A DNA stretch of 60,000 nucleotides, taken from the NCBI GenBank assembly GCA_028534125.1, contig CM052818.1, positions 32,924,001 to 32,984,000 on the forward strand, written 5' to 3'. The translations under genes and the position numbers were made by a program. Below, piece after piece: positions 37,088-49,104 of the stretch (position 1 is its first letter; each line of letters begins with the position of its first letter). This DNA is from Lama glama. Taxonomy: Eukaryota. The notes beneath the pieces are model-generated. The model did not search any database. It was not told the DNA's origin and saw only the letters and a list, made by a program, of their open reading frames with translations.

Positions 37088-38929
37088 AAGAATAACTCAA
37101 AGTTGAGAAAGGCTAGGAGAATTGTTAAAAGTCACATGGTTACTGAGAATGGAACCCCACTCTAGAACACGGATCTCTTGGCTCCGGGACAGGGTGCTTT
37201 CCCTGGACCTACGGGCTGCTAGGGTGTGGGAAAGGAACCAGCTGGCTGTCAGTCAGGACTTTCAGGCATCATGCTGTCCAGCAGAGCACTCTCTAGAACT
37301 GAGCACTCCTGCAGGGCAGACACGACACAGATGGATTGAACTCATTCCTTGTGGCTTTGGGGACACTGTAGCAATGAATGGAAATTACTCTGATTTCTAT
37401 TTGAAAGGAGGAAGAGCAGTGAAATCACTAGCGCCATCTGACAATGGAAGGGATTGTCCTGGACTCCCTAATTGCTGGCAGAGTCCAGCACCGGCAGGCT
37501 AGGTACTTCTCAGGAATGTCATAGAAAGGCACTGCTCACTGGACAGGGCAAGAACTTGCTGGTGCACGCAGTTCCCTCTGCCAGGAACGCCCCATTCCCT
37601 TTCCTTCCCTGACGAAGTCCAGTTGTTAAAGTCCCCTTTCCAAAGGCAGGGTCATTTGCTTCATTTTCCTGTTTTCCAAGCACCCAGCATTGGAGTACTT
37701 GCTGGACTCCATTGAATAGGGAGCTGAACTGACATTCTGTTCTGAACCTATGTTCTCATAAGTTTTCCAACACATTTCCACGTGATTACTTCCCCGTGGA
37801 TTATCCAGTCCCAACAATCAATCTATCTCCACAGCTCTAGTAAGGACATGTTCTGTTTCTCGGCTAAGCGTGTCAGGGGAGTCCACCAAAGGGATGACAC
37901 TGTCTCGATCTTTTACGAGTCACTTTACTGAAATGTTGTGGAAAGTTTGAGTCAGATGATTTCCAACCGTGCTATCCATCACAAGAGCATGGAATCAGAG
38001 AGCCCAGTATATGCGGGCCCAGCTCACGGCCCAGTCAATTAAATTCACAAAAGCAACCCAAACCACCGCTTCGCGATAGCGGGGCTTATCTACCGCTCTT
38101 GTGTGTGGACTTAAAAATAAAGAAGAAAGGGTTTACTTGTGCCACAGAACTGTGCCTACTCAAATTCAACAGGATTTGCAAACAGCAAGAACAGATAACA
38201 CGTGTGAAGTGCAGTCAGTTCTGCCCATGTGAGATCAAGTCCCCTCTATCATCAAGGTCTTGGTGACTTAAAGCTCAAATAATTTCTTAGCTGCTAAAGA
38301 TATATTGCCAAGGGATAATTAGATAATTACAAGAAAAGTAAATAAGAATGGAACCGATTGAATTCCTCTCAGGCAAAATGAATAACCAGAAGATTCTAAG
38401 GGAAGAGAATTTCAACTGTAACATCTGTTGTATATGCACTTTAAGAACAAGCACTGTGTTTACACTAAGGAGCATAAAAGGATGACTAAAATAAGACCAT
38501 ATAGAGAAGGTAGTCAGGCTTAAAACAAATCATTCCAAGCACGTTATTGGTGAAGTAATTTAAGGAAAATGTTGCACCTCAAATATGGCGATCTTTGTAC
38601 AGCCTGAACAAGGTGATAGCAGCGTTTCCTAAGACAACACACAGGAAATCAACGCCTTTGTATGCAGTGGCGTCAATTGTAGCCCCAGCCTAGATCAACG
38701 CCTCCCAGAGGGGTGCTCTGTTCAGAATGACAAGCAAGGCAGAGATGGGTTTCCTTTGCTTCCTTCCTCAATCATTTCTTAATAATCACTTGCACTAAGA
38801 ATTGGCCTGAGCATTCTTTTCCTCTTACTCTCTTCTTTTCCTTGGACAAATACAATTTCTCCTTAAAAAAATAAATAAATAAAAATAAAAAATCTCCAAG
38901 GCTTAAATCACTTTCAAGGAACAGAGCAG

Positions 38930-39125
38930 GGTGACCGCTCGGGGAATCAGCGCCCCCTGCCGAACGCGGCTGGCTCCTGCCGCCGAGTCCCGGCCAAGCT
39001 CGCGGCCGCCGCCAGGGGGAGCTGCAGAAACGCGCAGGACGAGCGAGCCCGCCCTGAACCCCAGAGAGCGCGTACTCACTTGGCAGGGTGATGACGCTGC
39101 TGAGGTTCTGGTCGCCGCCGGCGCT
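38930..39125. promoter_or_regulatory. small intragenic CpG-rich patch with two CTCF-like motifs
   Basis: Dense CpGs including a NotI site; TCGGCAGGGGGCGCTG (-, 38948-38963) and CCGCCAGGGGGAGCT (+, 39009-39023). Confidence 0.5.
39080..39123 (-). CDS. PLB1: PLB1 exon, 44 nt (repeat 2): (S)AGGDQNLSSVITLP(N)
   Basis: catgcag|C GCC...CCA A|gtgagt. Confidence 0.94.
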
Positions 39126-39288
39126 GCATGGTGGGGACAGAAAAGAAAAGGAAGGTTAAAACAGCCAGCGATGCTGAAACACCACAGACACGGCCAAGAC
39201 AGATCTTTCTCCTTCTGAGAAACATCCTGGGTGGGGAGGGTTGAGGGCAGTGATTTGCCCTTTCCTCCTTATTTCTGGAGAAAAACTG

Positions 39289-39331
39289 AAAAAAAAACAA
39301 AAACAAAAACAAAAACAAAAAACCAAACCAG
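39289..39331. repeat. A-run plus (AAAAC)n microsatellite
   Basis: Direct reading. Confidence 0.9.
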
Positions 39332-40064
39332 AATACAGCAACTCCTCTCTCCTTGCCCCAGAAACCAGAACATCCAAACAAAAAACTGATTTAAACTGTC
39401 ATGGCTGACTTGTTTGGTTTTTAACCTTGAGCTTTGACCTTGAGGCAGGGTCTTCCAAAGGCAAAGTGGCCCTTCCTTGGAAGCAGAGCCCAGTCCTGCC
39501 CTACTAGCTGTGCGTTATTATTATCGTTGAAAACACTGTTTAAAAAGTTTGCCCCCATCATTCTCTTCCTGTCTGGCTTAGAGAAAACCCTTATCTTCTA
39601 GAGAGCAGCCCATTTCTGAGCCACTTCTGAAATTCCAAGGAAATCAAAGTTGGATGGATTTATAGGCATGAAAATCTGCAGCATTCCAGAGTTGACTGGA
39701 TTCCCTGCTTTTCCACATCTCATTCTCTGCCAAGTAAGTCTGGGAACATTTCAAAGGCTCTCAGAACGTCTGGGGTTTAACCCTGTGCGGCATCACCAGG
39801 GAGGATGCCAGGGATTCAACACCCAGGTTCAAGCTGGTGCCAGAGAGGCCGGTTCCCTCAGAGGCTGAGGAAGCACCAGACCTGCTCTCTCATGCTTGGC
39901 ACGAGCTGGGCTTTCAAAGCCCAGAGATAAAGCAGGAGGGCGGCTTAGTGCAGCTTGTGGTGGCCTGGATTTCATCACAGGCGGAGCAGGAACCAGTCAG
40001 CACGAAGTTATACATGATGGGGGAATGTGCCTGATTAGGGGTCAGGAGCCATCCACTCCACTTC

Positions 40065-40360
40065 TTACTCTTTTACCATTTGGCTGTGTGATCTTGGGCA
40101 GGTTACTTGCCCTCTCTGAGCCACGCTTCCTCATCTGTAAAATGAAGGCCCTTTAATAATGATCCCAGCTACCATTTATACCTAGCTTTGTGTCAGGCAC
40201 TGTGCTGGGTACTTAAATTTCTCTCTAAGCCTTCAGACAGTGCTAAGGCAATATTAGTGTCTTTGCATCAGATGAGGAGACCAGCTCAGAGAGTCTGAGT
40301 AACTTGCCCGAGGTCACGCAGAGCCGGGCAGCTGAGGCTCAGACTTGACTCTGCCTCCTT
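40065..40360. mobile_element. tail-to-tail pair of MIR fragments (+ then -)
   Basis: 'gctgtgtgatcttgggcaggttacttgccctctctgagcc...cctcatctgtaaaatg', then 'cagatgaggagaccagctcagagag...aacttgcccgaggtcacgcag'. Confidence 0.7.
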
Positions 40361-40646
40361 CTGAGATTACTACCCAGAGAGAGAAATAGAACCAACGCTT
40401 TCCCAATCCAAACATTTGAGTAGTTTCTCTCCTACACTCCTCCTGCTCAGGTCCTAGCTTGTTTGGGGAAATGCAGTGGTTTGGCAAAGCTGGCAAATAC
40501 CTTCCTTAAATTAAACCTAGAAATTTCTCATGGAAGAGCACCTGTGACTCATCCCTCTGCCAGAGGAATCGTTCTCTACAACAGTCATGGGCCCTCCCCT
40601 GCTCTGCGATAAGGCATCTTTAGGGTCCTGCCATGCCCTCACTCAC

Positions 40647-40720
40647 CTCCAGGACAGACCTCGATACTGAGTCAAGACGTCCAGGACATTCCCAGGCTTG
40701 GAGCCGGCCCCATTACCTGC
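40647..40720 (-). CDS. PLB1: PLB1 exon, 74 nt (repeat 2): [24 protein letters not shown](S)
   Basis: ctttcag|GCA...TGG AG|gtgagt. Confidence 0.97.
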
Positions 40721-42531
40721 CTGAAAGGGAACAACAAGGGGGTGAGTTTCCCTGCCCTCTGGCCAGAAGGTCTGAGACCTTGTTCTGGCCGAGCCCAGAT
40801 GCCTGATGCTTCAGAATCCAGAGTCGTGACAGCACCATGTCTCGCCGTGCATCCTGCTCACCAGAAGTGAGTGTGAACTCCCGCGAGGAGTCCCAGGGCA
40901 GTCCACGCTCGGCCTCTCCCTGTGGAGCCCTGCCCAGACCAAGACCAAGTGACCCTAGGCTGGCAAAGGTGCTCTGAGAATTAGACCGCAGTGTACAGTT
41001 TTCCAAAGGACACATTTCAGCGTCCCATTTCCCTCAGTTTTCAGAAGTTGTGAATGCTCTCATAAAAGTATACTGTCATCCTTTTATATGAACACATCAC
41101 AAATATGTACAATTTAAAAAATGAACATGAAATGCCATGTACATACTCCTCAGCTAAAGAAAAGGCAGGATCCTTTAAAACCTCAATCTGGACACACTCT
41201 GCAGGTGCCCGTCCCCTGCCTGGAGCTTGCGGTTTCTGAGCAGAGCCATTCCTGCTCAGAAGGTCCTGCCCCGGGATAGCCTCCCAGGCAGCCTGTGGGG
41301 AAGGCTGGCCTCCACAAGAGCCGCCCCGCCCAGGGTGTGATCCCTGCTCTGGCGCGCAATTCCTCTGCCACCTGCCAGGAACGTCAAGTTCAGAGTGCTG
41401 GCTCCCTGGAAGTCCTGAATAGCTGTGCTGATTCTTGACGACTCCTTATCCCGAGAGCATCTTCAAGGAGACCGGGGGTGATGGGGAGGCCAGCTCAGGC
41501 CAGACTCCGCAGGAAGGGGTTGGGATGAGCAATGCCAAGCCTGCCTACCCGTCCTCCCCAGAAGGTTGTGAGCAGCAGGGCCCGTGGGATAAGTTGCTGA
41601 GGGCTCATGGGGGAGACAGCTCTGGGACAGGGACAGAATTCTGGATGCAGGGCCAGGACCCACCCATTCGATCCGCATCCAGCACTATGTGCCCACTTCA
41701 CCTCCTCCAGCATCACCCTCTTACTGATTAAGTTTAAGGAGTCCCAGGTACCAGGGTTTTGTTGAAGATACTGAGTGAGGTAATAGCAATGTGAACAGGC
41801 CACAAACTTGAAAGTTATCAGCTGGTATTTGGGAGAAGATTCAGTTGGAAGCCCTGGATTCTACTGACCCCAAGAACAGCAGCTGGACTTGTCTGCAATG
41901 AGTTGCTGTTGAACAGAGTCTGGGAGCCTCAGGGACCTCCCCCACCCTCACCTCGGTGATCTAAAGGCCTGATTCTGCTTTTCCTGGATAGCCCTTTGCA
42001 GGGCCTGGAAGGTCACCCCGGAGCAGCTGCAGACTGGGCTGGGGTCATCTTTAGTACCTCCAACCTCTTCCACTGACCTGTTTTCTCACCCTTGCCCTTC
42101 CCCTCCTCATCCCCTGCTTAAGAACTTGTTTCTGTCCCATCATCCCTTTGCCCCTTTCCTATAGGACAAAGTGAAGCACCGGGTGTTTGAGGGAGCCCCG
42201 TGCTGTGGGTGGGAGACCTGGTCCATCTCGGCCCCACTACTGACAAGCTGTGCGATTTGGGTCACTTCCATCACGGGTGTTCCCTTTGAGGTCCCCTCCC
42301 TTCCTTCTGTCTCTCCCATTCCAGTGTTGGGAGAGGAAGGATGAGGTTAGAATGGAGCTAGGAAAACATGACAGGCAGAGAATGGTGGATTCTGGGGTGG
42401 GCAGGGAAGTGGAGAGGGGCTGAGGTCAGGACCAAGACGGCAACGCTTAAGAGCTAGGAGTAAGTTTCTCCTGTTAGTCAGAGTTAGTTAATCTTCTCTC
42501 CTGCCCCTTCCTCCCACCGGCAGTAACTCAC

Positions 42532-42590
42532 CGTAAGAGAATCGCCGAGAGCCCCGATGACCTTGATGTCTGCCAGCTTCAGCCTGTGGA
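42532..42590 (-). CDS. PLB1: PLB1 exon, 59 nt (repeat 2, catalytic Ser): (V)HRLKLADIKVIGALGDSLT
   Basis: ttctcag|TC CAC...ACG|gtgagt; Ser codon at 42538-42540. Confidence 0.97.
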
Positions 42591-43056
42591 CTGAGAATGA
42601 GAGCACAGATGAACGGAAGATGGACTTCCCATCTCCTCTGAAGATGAAGGAGCGTCTTCAGGAAAACTGAGACAGTCTGTTTTTAGCAGCAGTTCGGCTT
42701 GGACGAAGATACTGAGAGCCCATCCTTATCCTAAAGCTCAGCGGTAGTGGCTGTGCGGCCTGTCTGCCGCCTCTCCCTGGGGCGCCCGGACACAGGGCTT
42801 GGGGAGCCAGGGGGTAGCCCTGCTGGCGCTGGGTGAGCCCGATGCCACAGCTGAGCGGTTACCCTCAGGACGCGAAGCAGCCCCTGGCAATGTGGTCAGG
42901 GAGTGTGGAGGGAACCGCGGAGGAGGTGAAACCTAGACTTCATCTATTCTAGGCTCTGTTGATATTTGGGATAAAATAGTCTTTCATCTTATTAGAAAAA
43001 AAAATCAGCTCAGTTTTTCTGAAGTGAAAGGGGGAATGCCTTTATATGACTGACTC

Positions 43057-43812
43057 TTTTTGAAAAAAAAATCAAGGTGAAATTCACATAATACAAAATG
43101 AACCATTTTAAAGCCAACAGTTCAGTGGCATTTAGTACATTCTCCATGTTGTGCCGCCGTAACCTCTCTCTAGTTCCCAAACGTTTTCATTACCCCCAAA
43201 CGAGACCTGTACCCACTAAGCAGTCACTTCTCACCCCACCCCCTACACCCGCCCTGAGCCCGTGACAACCACGGATCTGCTTTCTGTCTGTGGCTTTGCC
43301 CATTGTGGATAGCTCATATAGATGGAATCATACAGCATGTGACCTTTGTGTCTGGCATCCTCCACTTTGCATAGTGCTTTCAAGGTTCACCGTGTAGCAG
43401 GTGCCAGTGTGTCATTCTGTTTTATGGCTGAATGATATTCTATTTTATGGATGGACCGCATTCTGTTCATCTGTCTTTATCTGTTGATGGACATTTGGGT
43501 TGGTGCCATCTTTTGGCTACTGTGTATAGTGCTGCTATGAACATTCACCTACAAATCTTTGAGTGCCTATTTTGAATTAGTTGGGGTTTTTTTGGAGGGG
43601 GTGTTGGTAATTAGGTTTATTTATTTAATTTAATGGCGGTACTGGGGATTGAGCCCAGGACCTCATGCATGCTAGGCACACGTTCTACCACTGAGCTACA
43701 CCTTCCCCCTGAATTATCTGGGGTAGGTACCAACGAGTGGAATTTGGTGGGCCAGGGGATAATCTTATCTGTAACTTTTTGAGGAAACCCCAAACTGTCT
43801 TCCACAGCCTGA
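43057..43812 (-). mobile_element. old L1 (L1MB-like) 3' UTR, interrupted by a SINE
   Basis: 'aaattcacataatacaaaatgaaccattttaaag...gtggcatttagtacattc...ttttgaggaaaccccaaactgtcttccacagc'. Confidence 0.8.
43587..43709 (-). mobile_element. camelid tRNA-derived SINE nested in L1
   Basis: Reverse A/B boxes; imperfect TSD tgaattagttgggg / tgaattatctgggg. Confidence 0.85.
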
Positions 43813-44234
43813 CTCTCCTGTTTCATCTCTTGAGTGTAAACATGCACTCTGATGCAGCCAAGCGGCTGTTTATTTGGACGACAAATGTATTGGCCACCAA
43901 GCAGTGGCTGGGTGCTCTGGGGATGAGACAGTGGTCAGAAATGGAGAATGCCCTTGGGAAGCTCACAGGAGAAGCAGGGAATGAAAAATATCCATAGTTA
44001 TAATCATTTATAGGCTGGTAAACATGATGAGAGGCATAAAGTGATAAGAGGTTCTGGAGCTGGAGGGATGTCTAACCCCCAGGGTGTGTGTTGTGGGGTG
44101 GTTCAGAGCAGGTTTCATGAAGAAAGTTTGAACTCAGGATAGAGGAGATATGGATGAGGGAGAGCAAGATAGGGTGAAGGAGAGAGAAGCAGGAAGGGAG
44201 ATGCAGTAAAGTGTGTGACGTCCGTGAGGAACAG

Positions 44235-44590
44235 ATATGATATTGCTTCTATGTGGAATCTAAAAATAATGATACAAATGAACTTATTTACAAACCAGAA
44301 ATAGACTCACAGACATAGAAAACAAACCATGGTTACCAAAGGAGGAGGGGGAGGGATAAATTAGGAGTTTGGGATTAACAGATACACACCACTCTACATA
44401 AAACAGATAAACCACAAGGTCCTACTGTACAGCATAGGGAACTATATTCAGTATCTTGCAATAACCTATAATGGAAAAGAATCTGAAAAGGAACATAAAT
44501 ATGTATATGTCTAACTGAATTCCTTTGCTGTACACCTGAAACTAACACAACATTATAAGTCAACTGTGCTTCAATTAAAAAAAGAAAGTC
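44235..44590 (+). mobile_element. 5'-truncated L1 3' UTR (cetartiodactyl-type)
   Basis: 'atgtggaatctaaaaa...gatacaaatgaacttatttacaaaccagaaatagactcacagacatagaaaacaaa...cttcaattaaaaaaa'. Confidence 0.88.
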
Positions 44591-45536
44591 TAAAAACCCA
44601 AAAGCAACAACTACAAAACCTCCAGATAGTCAAACAGTTTGACTTAAGTGACGAACATGTGAAGGAGACTAACAAAAAATAACATTGGAAAGGCACATTA
44701 GGGCCACGGGCCTTTTATGCCTGGCTAGCAAGGTAGGAGATTAAAATGAATATTACCATATAGACACGCATACATACACACATACATGTACGAATCTATA
44801 TTTACTTGCTTACATACACCTGTCCTACATTTACTGACCCCCTTACCTTACACCCATAAGTACATGAATCCAAGTGTGTTCTGGGAACCACTTAAATTCC
44901 TTATGCCATATGTTGCCCTGCCCCCGCACCCCACACTCACTCTGACTTTGATTTAGCTCCATCTTTCCTCAGATGTGCCTTCCCATGGTCTCTAAGGTGC
45001 AATGCTGCACCAACTTGTCACTTAGCTTTCTGGCTTGGAAGAGGTCTAATAGAGCATTTGTAGCAGGGGGTGGCCCGTTACTCCAGAGGGAAGGAAGCCC
45101 ATCATCCTGGTGGGCCAGTGGCTTAAGACTGATAAACTGAAACCCGTCTGCAGAGAGGCTCTCTCAACAGCCCTTCTCTGCCAAGTCACTTTATAAAATG
45201 TGCAGTGAAATGCGGAGAACAAGATTCTTTTGACATCACTAGACCACATTTAGCCCATTTCACCTGTCACCATCCAAATCACGTTGTATAATTACACCTG
45301 CATGGGAAGCTGTGTTCACACTCAGTGGACACCATATTCAATCTCCAGGTCTTGTCTCCTTCCATGGAGACTTCTTGTCTACCTGACTTCCGTGCAGTCT
45401 GCAGATGGGGGAACTGCCAGTCCCACTGAGGATCTGTTCTCATTGGAAAAGTAAAAGTCCCAGCTTCTTCCCTAGGACAGCATGCAAACTAACACGTATA
45501 CATAGTTGTTAATGTGTGTATGCAAAATACAGAGAT

Positions 45537-45652
45537 CAGTGGTCTTCAAATTTGAGCATGCATCAGAATCATCTGGAGAGCTCGTTAAAATGCAGATGGT
45601 TGGTCACCACCCTCAGAGTGTCTGATTTAGTAGGTCTAGGGTGGGCCCAAGG
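45537..45652. mobile_element. MER5A-like hAT-Charlie fragment
   Basis: 'cagtggtcttcaaatttgagcatgcatcagaatcatctggagagctcgttaaaa...tctgatttagtaggtctagggtgggccc'. Confidence 0.75.
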
Positions 45653-48600
45653 CTATGTGGTTAGAAGAACAATATCAAATCACAAAGCCAGCTGCACCGA
45701 TTACACACATCCACAGGGCCGAGCCTGAGAACTTGCAAATGACCTCTTCTCAGAGAAATCAGGCTCTGGGTAAAAAAGGCAACAAAATGGAAAATAAGAC
45801 CTCCTCCCTTCAACTCTGAAGGGTTTATTTTAGCTCCTGATGATGACAGTCAATCACTGTATTCTTGCTGCCATAATTTGTGATCCAGTGAATTCTATGA
45901 ACATTAACTAGTGTGCAAAGGTTAGGGGAAATCTTTGGGGCTGGTGAAATGTGGGAAAGATGGAGAGATTTGCTTTGAAAGCACATTGCAGTTTGCTAAT
46001 GGGGCAACGGAAACGGGCCATTCCTGTCTCCTAAATGTGTAGCAGACAGAAAGGAAACACACAGATACATGTGCACTCATGTATGTCCGCATTGATGTGT
46101 GCATATCTATGTGGCGATAGGCTGATACGTGTGTTGGAGGGAGGGGTGGTTTCCTGTTGGTCTTTCTGAAGGACTCCCTGTAAGATAGTAAATCAAAGGA
46201 ACCAAATCTAAATGGGAGGGGTTTGATCATCTGGCATCTTGTTAAAACAGAACCCAACACATGTCATTGGGTTGATACTCTGGAGACCTTCATTTGAGCT
46301 TTGTTAACATCACCGTGGATGATACAGACACAGCCTGGAAGCCCAGCAAATCACTTTAGCAATTGCTCTCCTTGGGGAACAAATTCTTTAGAGATAAGAT
46401 TAAATTTGTGTAGGCTGATTAGCTCAGCATTATCTGGTACACACTGTCCACCCCTTGAAAGATGTGGATAAACACATCATTAACTCATCAAGATTTCTAC
46501 AGCGGAGGCCTCTTATCAGAAAGCCATCCAAACTATGATGAAAGATCACAAATAACAAGAAAATGGGTGCCTGAAGTACAGAATGGGGAAACTGCCCACT
46601 GGACACAAAAAGGAACAGCAGGATAAAGGACACCTGGGAGCTTTGTCTTGTGTACCCCAACCACTTAAACCACCTGGGGCTGTAATCTGAAAAAACATCT
46701 ATCTCTTGCTTGTCAGCCAGGGCTGCCCAACCCGTCTGATGTCGGATTTTAGGGACTTATGTAAGGACTTCTGCTGTGGTGGTCAACTGCTGGCACAGGG
46801 CTGGGCCTGGTTTCTGTCTTTGAAGTGCTTCAGAGTGAGTTTCTATGAAGAAATATGTGCCTGGAACATAGTAGGAGCTCAGGAAATGTGTTCAGTTGAA
46901 TTGAAAGCTAAGGAAGAGGTTCTGTGTCAGAGACTTTGCAGCTCACAAAGCCTTCAGTCATGGAAACAGCATGGAAGGGAACTCCGAGTGTCTTGGGGTG
47001 ACTCTGAACTTGCTCAGTAGGCTGGTCCTGCCAAGGGGACGAGCAGGCAGTTATTCCCTGTGGGGAGTCCTAGTCACAGGCTAGTTTAGGTCACAAGACT
47101 CGTGAACAGGTGGTGACAGTAGAAACAGCTTCAGGACTTACACTGCCGGCTCACAATGAGATCACACCCCTGGTGGTCGCCCAGTGCTATAACCTGGGTC
47201 TTTCTCATATCGGTGTTTGAATAGCTCATTTTAGCCAAGTGGATAGAATAAGTGTCCCAAGGAACTCAGCCTAGTGGGGCTTAGAAAGGGACCAATGGCT
47301 TAAAATAAACGAAACATTCCAATTTGTATTATTGGTGACAGTGGCATGTAATTAGCTTTATGGAACTCTATCTTCAAATCCACTTGAATTTGAATGCATT
47401 TTCCTCTCTGCATGGAATTAGCAGCTTGACCTCAAGAGAGCCATCTTCAGTCAATAGTCCACAAGCCATGTCCCCTCCTGTTTCTCCTCTTCTGTTTACA
47501 AAATGCTACTCCTTTTCTCAATGGGAAAACCTGAAGTCATCTACCAGGCCCAACATATTTTTCTTAGTTATGCCAACTGTGTTAGGGACAGGGCTGTGAA
47601 GGAACATAAAATGATGTAAGTACTTACGAAGCTACAAAGCCCACAGGAGACAGCACTCAGCAAACTGCATGCATGCACTGGCTAGGAGGAAAGAATTGGA
47701 AGCATGCGTGCGTTCATTTATTCATGCTACCAAATGGCAGTTGGTAATAAAAGTTACTTACATCAACCCTGTGTATCTCATCCTAAAGCCCCACAGGTCC
47801 GTGGAAGAGGTTCATCACTTGTGGACTCTGGATGGAGTAAGAGCCAGGAGACCAGGCTGCCCGGGGCCGTGGCCGGTTGATGAATCAGTATCCTATCTGA
47901 AATGTCCCTTTTCGTTGGCTAGGTGTGTCTGTTGATTAGTTTGAGAGAGACACGGGCAAAGGGGACTACAAAGAAGGTTTTGGAAAACAACTCTGAAGGT
48001 AAATCAATTATAAGATAGTCTTGGTGGAAAATTGTCTTAATGGAAGGCACTTTGGTCTAGGTGGTTTTGAAGATCTTTTTCGACCCTGGGAATCTTTGAT
48101 TTGCTAAAGTAGAAACACTCAATAATTAAGATGAGTTTGATTTCTTGGGCCCCTACCACGTGCTGAGTCATTGGGGTTTAAAGATAAGATGATCTGCTCT
48201 TATAATATGTATCAGATGCCTTCATTGCAATTAGAAACTGCAAACGTGATCTCCAGAAGAGTGAATGACCTCACCCAAAATATGACAGTCATCAAGGGTA
48301 ATGGTAATGTGATCCTGTGCTAAGTCTCTTTCCTACCCCAACAGTCGCATGTGTGATTACAATGTCCAACCCTAGATCAAGTGCAGTAATGAAATGTATT
48401 TTTCATTTTTGTCCAGTTAGCTGTGGCCATCTTTCTACATGACACTTTTCAGGTGGGACTCTGACGTGCAGGCACAGCCTTGGTCCATAAGTGCCCCGAC
48501 CCAGTGGGTGAGCACGAGTGTTTTGGTCCTGTGCCCCCTCAGTTAGATCTAGGAGGCCTAAATCTGTCCACCTGCTTATCCACACAGCTTCCATCACCAG

Positions 48601-48891
48601 AGATCTCAGGGTCTCGAGATTTCTTGTGCTTACATCTTCAAGTGCCAATAAACATGATAATCTTCAGGGTCAGGGAATAAAGAGGAGGTCCACATTTTAT
48701 CTGGCTTTCAGATGTTCAGATATGCTCCAATGGATTGGTTGGTTATCACTGTCATGATGAAAACATAATCTAGACAGACGGCAGAATCTTTGTAGAGCAT
48801 CCTTTCAGAATGATAAGATTAGAAGGGGATGGATAACATTTCACTTGTAAAAAGTTTGGTGTTAGAACATTCCAATCCCCCCCCCTCTTTC

Positions 48892-48925
48892 TATATGTAC
48901 ATATATACATGTGTGTATATATATA

Positions 48926-48958
<33 letters not shown>

Positions 48959-48971
48959 TATGTACGTACAT
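48892..48971. repeat. quasi-palindromic (TG)(TA)n(CA)n microsatellite
   Basis: Direct reading. Confidence 0.92.
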
Positions 48972-49104
48972 TTTTTGAGTTTTTGCTATTGTAGGATCTA
49001 CATATGAAGCTAATAACTTGTTTCTTGCTACTGAAGTGGAGCAAGTAAGCTAGCCAATAGGAATGAATTGTCAATGAGTATAGGGGCAAAAGTCTAAAGA
49101 CTAA

